Positions 55,894 through 64,000 of a stretch of DNA of 64,000 nucleotides are shown one piece after another. This stretch comes from Trichoplax adhaerens (Eukaryota; Animalia; Placozoa). Under the pieces are notes generated by a model. The model was not told the DNA's origin, did no database searches, and was given only the letters and a program-made list of their open reading frames with translations. The stretch covers positions 1,879,454 to 1,943,453 of the forward strand of contig NW_002060946.1 of the NCBI RefSeq assembly GCF_000150275.1. The letters run 5' to 3'. Numbering within the stretch: position 1 is the first letter of the stretch; each line of letters opens with the position of its first letter. Made by a program: the position numbers and the translations under genes.

Positions 55894-56773
55894 CTGTCAA
55901 AGAATCCACCTACAAACCACAAACTTCGTTGGCTACGGATTGCAATAACCGACGACCAATATTTTCTTAATTCATAGTGGTGGTATAGGCTTGAAAATCA
56001 GTCTTTTTTCTCACTGTCTGCTCCCTCTGGTTTTATCGATTACATCGATTGCCCATCTGCATTGGAATCAAGGTATCTACTCTTTTTATCCTGATACACT
56101 TAAGGTAAAAATGCCATTGTTTAGAAAAGGAGTGGATGAATTTACTAGGGCATCGATTTGTTAATATTGAATATCTTTAAAGAATTTTCCACGTACTAGA
56201 TGCATGACTAGTACTTTTGAATATGCTACTCTAATGTAATGATAGAGGTAGATAGAATGGTCGACATAGATCGGTAAAACGATGCTGCGGTATTAATGTC
56301 CAATTGTTTGATAAAGTTATTCTTCTTGGCAGTACGTATTCATAATTAATCTGTTACTGTTATTAATGTTATTAATTAAATAGGAATTGATATAAGCACG
56401 AAAATGCTTGTTGACACGATCCTCTACATCCTTGTAAATTCCGTATCAAACAACTCTAAAATAGTAATATTTATGTGGTACATACGATCATCTCTTTCCT
56501 CTCTCGATATCTTATTTGAATTGATGTTTCGACATCATCTAACTTCACACATAATTTAAGTACTGTAATCTTGATTGTACACCAAAGGCATAGTATGTTA
56601 TCTACGGCAATGGAAAGTATAATGAAAGTAAAAGGATGCGTTTATTAGATAGATGACAATTTGTAACAAAATTACGGAATGTTAATGCGATATTTTCACT
56701 CTCATGTAGCAACGCCGCCAAATTTGATTAGAATTATTACTCGCCCTTGCGTGAATTCATCATTGCTGCTGCA

Positions 56774-59700
56774 ATGAATCGACAATTGAAATTAGTTTGG
56801 ATATTGTTATGGCTTATCCATATTATAAATTGCCAATCATTACCCCCACGTGGTGGATTGGTAGCACAAGTGCAGAAATGGGCTAGTGAGATTGAAAATG
56901 ATATGCTGACATTAACGGAGGATGTATTAATGGGTCAAAAAATTCAGCAAATGTTTGATTCATCGCCATATGAAATTCAGATCAAAGACGGTGACCAGAT
57001 TGCTAATGAAGTCCAAGATACTTTGGCTGATTATTTTGTCAAGCGAGAACAAGTATTAAATGTATGCATTACTATATTATTTATTTTTACCATCTTTAAA
57101 TAGAATTGACATTACATATCCATTTATATGGAGATTTATGCCTGTTGTACGTTGAGATTTTGCATTATTTTACTTTTTTTTGACTATAATCACCTATAAC
57201 AAAGACGTGGCTATCATAAACATAAATACAAAGCTCAAAAATGTCATCTTCCAAACGTGAATCCAATAGGAATGGATGATAATAATTATAATTATTGACC
57301 TTAACATATACTAGCTATACTAAGTAATATAATTACATTACTGTATTGTACTTGTACGATATACAATTGTGTACTGTAGGTGCTAGGTGGCAAGTAGTGT
57401 AATTAAGTGATTGACAGCAGCCATGATGGATCGACATATGGAAGTTGTATACAGTAGCTTTTACGTAGACAGCAAATACCAGTAATAAGGTCCAGTTTGC
57501 GAAGACATAACTTTAGCAAGGCAACGTATTATATTATTAGTAATAAAAGTTAGCTATTCAAGTCTCTACTAGTCTAGCACTTGACTTATTTTTGTTAAAT
57601 ACCCGTCGTTGCAGAGGTTGGATGCATCAATCGAAGTACATGTACATACGCGTATATATACAAAAGGAAACATTGATGCAATGCTACTACCGTTCTGTAT
57701 ATACTCATCACGATCAGGAAATACATTATCAGGCATCATATTAGAGACCCATCTCAAATACATATTAATTATAGTATATATAAATTGGTATCTCCGTCCA
57801 ATTGTAAATAGTCTATGCAAAATAGTTTATTAACGATTGATGATGATTCGATTGAGTTTGAAACATATCTATTCAGTTAATTTATCTGCAATACGAACTT
57901 TTAAAAATTAGTAAATAATGATCAGTAACTCTTTTTATTAAGTTGTTAATTTATATACTTACCAATATCGTAGGATGTTTCAAAAGCGGCCGTAAATGCG
58001 TATGACGATTTTTATTTAAAAAACATGGGATCATTATTACCCAAGCAATTACAGAATTTGAGTTTTGATGTTTACTTCGATTCGGATATTCCTTCCAGAT
58101 ATCCGGAACCATTAACTTATGATACGTAAGTAAATCAATCTCATTTCTGATAAAATTATGGCAGAATGTACAATTTCATTGATTTTGCCCTTTATCGTAA
58201 TTAAACTGCTGATATGCGCTAGGCTAGAGTTTTTACAATATCATGTACATACTTTTACAACTATGTGTTATACTATTTACTGCAGTATTTTATTATTATT
58301 AATAGACTATTTTGTAACGATAGATAATGTAAAATGTATTTTAATCATCTCGTAGGCGGTACTTTCAAAAAGTGAATGCTACACGCGGATGTGTTAAAAT
58401 CTCTGATCAAGTGGACCGTAATTCCAAGGATATCATAGAAACAGTAGCTTGGACATCTGAGATTAATAAACAATATATTGCAAATTTAAAGAAAGATAAC
58501 TACTTAAAGTAATGACATTCAAATGAACGTACAGTATCTTGTATTGCGACCGTTGAAATACTGTAATTCATCCAAACAAACATTTCGTATGACATTTTTA
58601 TATTTTGTGTTAGGTGGCAATACTTTGGTTCCAAATTTGGTTTGTCCTATACTTTTCCCGGTAGACCCTGGACTACAAATTTTGTTGGTTTTACTAAGGA
58701 TTACGATCCAAGACTTCGACCCTGGTACATTGCTGCTACTTCAGGTCCTAAAGACGTAGTCATTGTTATTGACTGCGGCTTATCAATGCAAGGGAATAGA
58801 TTTAAGATTGCGAAATCGGTAGCTAAAACGGTGTTAGCAACTTTAACAAGGAACGATTATGTAAATATTGTTTGTACAAGATTTAGCCATTGGGATGAGA
58901 CTGGAAAGTAAGTTTTATATTCAATAATAATCTGTGATCAAAGTGGATCTACTCACTTAAGATGTACTTTTGCATTATTAGATGGCATTTCTACGAAACA
59001 ACGGTTTTAGGATGTTACAAAGATCAACTTATTCCTGCTTCATTGACGAATCGAAAAAGTTTATCTAATGCCATTGATAATTTAAAAGCAGGAGGAACTA
59101 GCGAAATGAAGTAAGCTCGATAGAAGATTTGTTTCATCTAAGACTACATTAAAGGGATCTAATTTATTTCTGCAATGTCTTGCTACTATAGGAAAGGATT
59201 TCAGAAAGCCTTTAAATTATTACGCGGTTCACATCGTACAGGCTGTCAGAGTATAATGATCGTAATTACCGATGGTGAAAAAACCGACGGACCAAAAGTA
59301 AGGTGTAGTCCAGGTTATTACACTCGTAGTGGATTTGTGCCCGGCCCAATATGCCGTTATGATTGGGAAAAAGTTGTTGAAGAAATCAAAGCACAAAATA
59401 AAATTACTAACCCAAAAGTTAGTTGTCACCTTTCTTTATTTAAAATGAAATTTTTTCAACATTAATTAATTTAAAATAATGAAACATATACTGTATATCT
59501 ATTTCATAATTAAGTACTGTATATTTATAGGCGAGAATTTTCTCTTACCTTACTGCCAGCAAAGAAGAATCTTTTGCTGGCGAGATCGCTTGTTCTAACC
59601 AAGGGGTTATGGTAAGGCTGGACAATACAGAACATTTAATATCAAATATGCAGGTATTATTATTATCTATATTGGACTCTTAACTACTTCAATCTCTTGT

Positions 59701-62700
59701 TGAGGACTTATACGCTACCGTAAAGATTCTTAATAAGGAAATTTTTTTAGCATTACTACAATTACCTAGCCAGTAGCAGCTTTCACAATCAGATTACATG
59801 GACTGCACCGTATCTTGATGCTTCTGGTTTAGGTTTAACTGTTACTTTGGCTAGTTTAGTAACCTCGGGACGTAATGAAAATAATGAGTATGTGAAGCTA
59901 ATGTTTAGTAATAAGGATCTTATTTCTAGATACAAGAAATTATTTTAAATCGATCTTAAACACGTTAAAATTATCATCTTCAATTACAAATATACCTTTA
60001 GTAATAGAATTATCCTGTAACTTTAAATCTTACTGAAATAGGACATTAGGTGTCGCTGGCATTGATGTTACCCTTGCGGAGATAGAAGACTTATTACAGC
60101 GCTATGAATGGGGTACAGTTTACTCATTTTTGATTAATACCGATGGAGAAGCGATTTTTCATCCTAGACTTAAACCTTCATCAGAGGTAAATTTTACGAT
60201 AGTAAACTTTGGTGTGATTGAGAGCGCTATGTTCAGGAATTTCGTTATCTATCTTTGTAGCTCGTTGACGATCCAATCTTTGTTTCGATTGATCAATTGG
60301 AAATGAGTCATGGGAGACCTAAAAATTTTACTGAAGTTAGAAGCGAAATGCAAGAAGGCAAATCCGGTCGTGCACACTTTTCGAACTGCATTCGAGGAAT
60401 TCCGAAAGGAGATTACGAAGATGGCGTTGACATTTTACAAGTTCCCTGTACATACTATTATCGTGGTATTACTGGTTCCACGTACTCGTTTGCTTTTAAT
60501 CTTGCCGATTCCGATAAACAAGATCGATACCTAGACAACATAAATAAATCTATTACATTGCCAACAAATTTTTTCACTGCTTTATACGATTATGACACTA
60601 TATATGCTAAAGAGCGATTACCGGACACCTATGAGCAGTTAGATGTGCAGCGTAACAACGCACAGTATAATGTTCCGATAACATTTGTACATTCTACATT
60701 TACATTAGCTCCACGATCTTATTGTGAGCCCAGTAAATATTTTCTTGAAGGGAATAGTACGCTAATAACATTAGCAGCTCATTTGTTTGCAAACTCACGA
60801 GAAGTTGATAATAAAACCTGCTTAAATGGTGCGAATTATAAACGTGGTGTTAGGTGAGAAATGTTCATTATATTAGCTATAGTTTTAATGTTGAAAATGT
60901 TAAGACCGTTATCTTGTACACTTTATTTTTAGAGCGGCAATACAATTGACTTCCTTATTAGAACGGGACTGGAAGCTAAAATTAGGATCAGTATTAAGAC
61001 AGGCTGTTAAGTGGGTGTATATTGGACTACGCAATGGAGTATTTAGAAGCTATCCCGGTCATATTGTTCGCAAAGGTTACGACCCTGTCAAGTTAGTAAC
61101 AGTGATAGTTATGATAGTTACCTACACTATCGATTTTTTTCTTATCTAGCGTCTTTAATTGTCGTAATATTTTGCTGTAGGCGTCCTTGGTATTTGAGGT
61201 CTTTAACAAATCCGACGAAGATTGCTATATCAACTGCATATTTAGATTCGGCGGGGCTTGGCAAAGTGATTACGATCTCCAAGGCGGTTCAGGAAGGGAT
61301 ATTCGAAATTTCGAATGATACCCTTTGCAATACTGAACAAATTGGTAACCTACCAGCGGGATGTCCATGTACTGTTAATACCGATTGTTCCTCTAAAATA
61401 TGCTATAATACCTCAACGAACTCTGATCCCCGAATTGTGCAGAGGTAGGATACACAATATCGCTTACTGGATTTTGATATACTAAGACTTTGTAAATTAT
61501 TTCTAATCATTTAAGTACTAAGTAATCTTTGCATTTGCTCCTTAGATGTGGAAGAGAGAACGTAGAAGCTGTCATAGCAATGGATATTCTATATAGTGAC
61601 TATTATTATCGTATCCTCAACAAGCTTAAATCTGGCGAAAAAGCATGTGAGGTGGAATATCAATGTCCGACAAATCCTAGCAAAATTTGTATTACCAGGT
61701 CTGTATTAGATAAAACAAAAATATTTTCGGTAGCTATCAAATAATATATATTTGTATAGATTTTATTGAGGTAATGGTGTACTCTGTATATTTTTAACGA
61801 AATTGCTATCACCTTTACTATTGTTTTTAGATGTTACCTTATTGATAATGTTGCAAATATTGTAACTGCAAAAGAATTCTTAACGGACAGTCAATATGAC
61901 GAAGCACAGTACAATCGTGTTACACTGTCACTAAAACAGCCAGAAGTCATGAGTAAATTGGTTCATAAGTTTCGTGTTTTTCAACGTCGTGAAAATATCG
62001 ATTATCAAGGCACCTGTAAGATTTCGGACACTTCTACTTCTCGCGTAAGTTCTTATCTATGTCGGGTATAGCTCTTAAATAGAAACCTGATTTGTTATTG
62101 ATACATCTTTACAATATTTTACGTTCACGAACATTATAACAGGTTGTTTTTAAACAAAATGTGAATAAGAGTTGGCGAGGATTTAGTGATGATATCCCTA
62201 ACCAAGGACCTTTTCCACCCTTTCAAAATGATTACGGTTGTATTCAAGACGTTATAGGTTATGAGGCCCATCCAGAAAACTTAGGTATGTCGAAGTAAAA
62301 AATGTAATAATTTTTGACCTTTATATATTTTGTAATTTGAACGTATTTTATGAATACCAGGCCAAAACCGAATGCTGTATGATTACTTCAGTGGTCCGTG
62401 TTCTGAAGGATTTTTCTACTTCATCCAGTTACCTCGAACCAATTTATTTTTATTAGTAGTTGAAAATTATTTACAACACGACACTTATTTCAATATAAAC
62501 TGTCATATAGCGCGCAGGTTAGTTTTCAGTGAAATCCTTGCATTAATCAGAATATTGTAGAAATTCATGCTTCATAATTATTTTCATTTTTCAATAATAG
62601 GGTAACCGCTGCCGGTTCGTTTGAATTAAAGAATGGAACTTGTCAGAATTCCTTATCATTTTATACCAAAAAGCCAATTTGTCCTACAATTCGTAAAGTC

Positions 62701-62802
62701 TTGATACCATGCTCATTCAACGCGGGCCATACAATTTCATCAATTAACATATATTATACGCTAGTAATAGCTACAATTGTATCTATTATCCATATGATAT
62801 AA
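56774..62802 (+). CDS. Voltage-gated Ca channel alpha2delta / CACHD1 family protein (signal peptide, VWA, two dCache domains, GPI-like tail), about 17 exons
   Basis: Signal peptide MNRQLKLVWILLWLIHIINC. Motifs YDPRLRPWYIAATSGPKDVVIVIDCGLSMQG, IMIVITDG, WTAPYLDASGLG, GVAGIDV, FRSYPG..YDPVKRPWY and QLPRTNLFLLVV. Ends CSFNAGHTISSINIYYTLVIATIVSIIHMI*. Confidence 0.9.
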
Positions 62803-64000
62803 TAATGTTACTATAACATATACTACAGTACATGATTGGTTTACTGTTACAAACAAATTGCATGTAATCAGCTTAGCATACTTGATAACGTTATTTTCCT
62901 ATTTAGAGTTTACAATAAATATAATTGGGTAATCTTAAAGATTTGGTTTGTATTTAAACTATAATGTAAGGAAAAGTATCATCAATCGTAACTCCTTAAT
63001 TGTTCATAAATTATAAACATATTGATGCATTATTGATATTAACAGTGTAATTAAGGTTATCTTATGATCGCTTAGCCCTCCCTCTTTTAAATTTGTCTCA
63101 CGAAAGGTATTAAAACTTGCGACAATTGTAAATAAAATGATTTTAACCCAGTTTTGGGAGAATTCCTTTACCATATTTGTTGCATAGGACATTTTCTGAG
63201 TATCTATTTACCTTTATAATTTTATTTTATATTGGTGTCTTCTTCATAGACATTACAATTAGATGACAACGTGACAAAGTAGACCACTATACAATAATAT
63301 TCTCAGTAATATCAGAAAAACAAAAACCGGACTTAGCCAAATGATGAAATAGTATTATATTCTCAGTATCATATGCCTTCTCTCGATTCTAGCTATGTTC
63401 ATTAGTAAAATTTTAAGTCATAATGAAGCTAATGATTTCTGTCAACGGATTGTAGATAATTATGAAGGTAAGATAGTAATATAATATAATACACGTAAAT
63501 GTATTGAGTGCAAACAAGTTATGATATCTTGTCATTAATGGTTAAAAATCACTAATTAATTATCTGCTTCTTAATAAGTCAGAAATTAACGGTGTCGGCA
63601 TTTAATTAAATATAATTAATATACTATGTAAAATTATGTATAAGGTTAAAGTCAACGAAAAGTTAATCGAAAGAATAAGAAGAGTTTTGTGGAGCTCCAC
63701 ACCATTCCTGGAGGAATTGTCGAACATTTTGGCATTCAGTGTTATACGGAAGCTGAAATATATTTAAGAGAATACTTTTAGCTTATTTATACTGTGTATA
63801 AGAAATGAGAGTACCTTATAGTAATTGAACTGATTCGATACCTTGGCTGATGTAACAAATTTATTCCAATCATCTTTGTTTGCGGCTTTACCAGGTTTCT
63901 TAAAATCAATTTTATTTTGTAACACAGGATAGCCTATGCAGCAATAATAGAATTGGAAGGTTTATGCTTTTATGCTCTTATAACTAATCTAGCAAATATC

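Noticed and set aside
1-64000. CRISPR arrays, tRNA/rRNA genes, autonomous transposase or RT ORFs
   Set aside because: None was recognised by eye. The DNA is eukaryotic and its repeats lack repeat-spacer periodicity.

Overview
AT-rich, intron-containing animal DNA with short GT-AG introns. It looks placozoan (Trichoplax-like), but that is an inference from composition, intron size and gene style, not a database match. Four conventional multi-exon genes are recognisable: UTP23 (-, ~32.1-34.4 kb), an FSIP1-like gene (-, ~46.7-50.8 kb), SNIP1 (+, 52.05-54.70 kb) and an alpha2delta/CACHD1-family VWA+dCache gene (+, 56.77-62.80 kb). The main discovery is a co-oriented cluster of tiny candidate BH3-only (pro-apoptotic Bcl-2 family) genes in the apparent gene desert at 1-45 kb. 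These are 11582-11836 (WNEIGQNLQQLADQFD plus TM tail), 20467-20682 (WPDIGADLRLHADEFDNQYRR, PUMA/BIM-like) and 43515-43691 (AGRRLRRIGDF, 58 aa, below the ORF-track cutoff). A recent duplicate of the last gene at 37698-37877 has a specifically destroyed BH3 (EERRLWHIDDF), and two possible decayed relics lie at ~7.2 and ~14.7 kb. The 37-45 kb region is a transposon-rearranged segmental duplication with a hAT MITE and long palindromes. The abundant TACAGTA/TACTGTA text there resembles stacked Tc1/mariner excision footprints.
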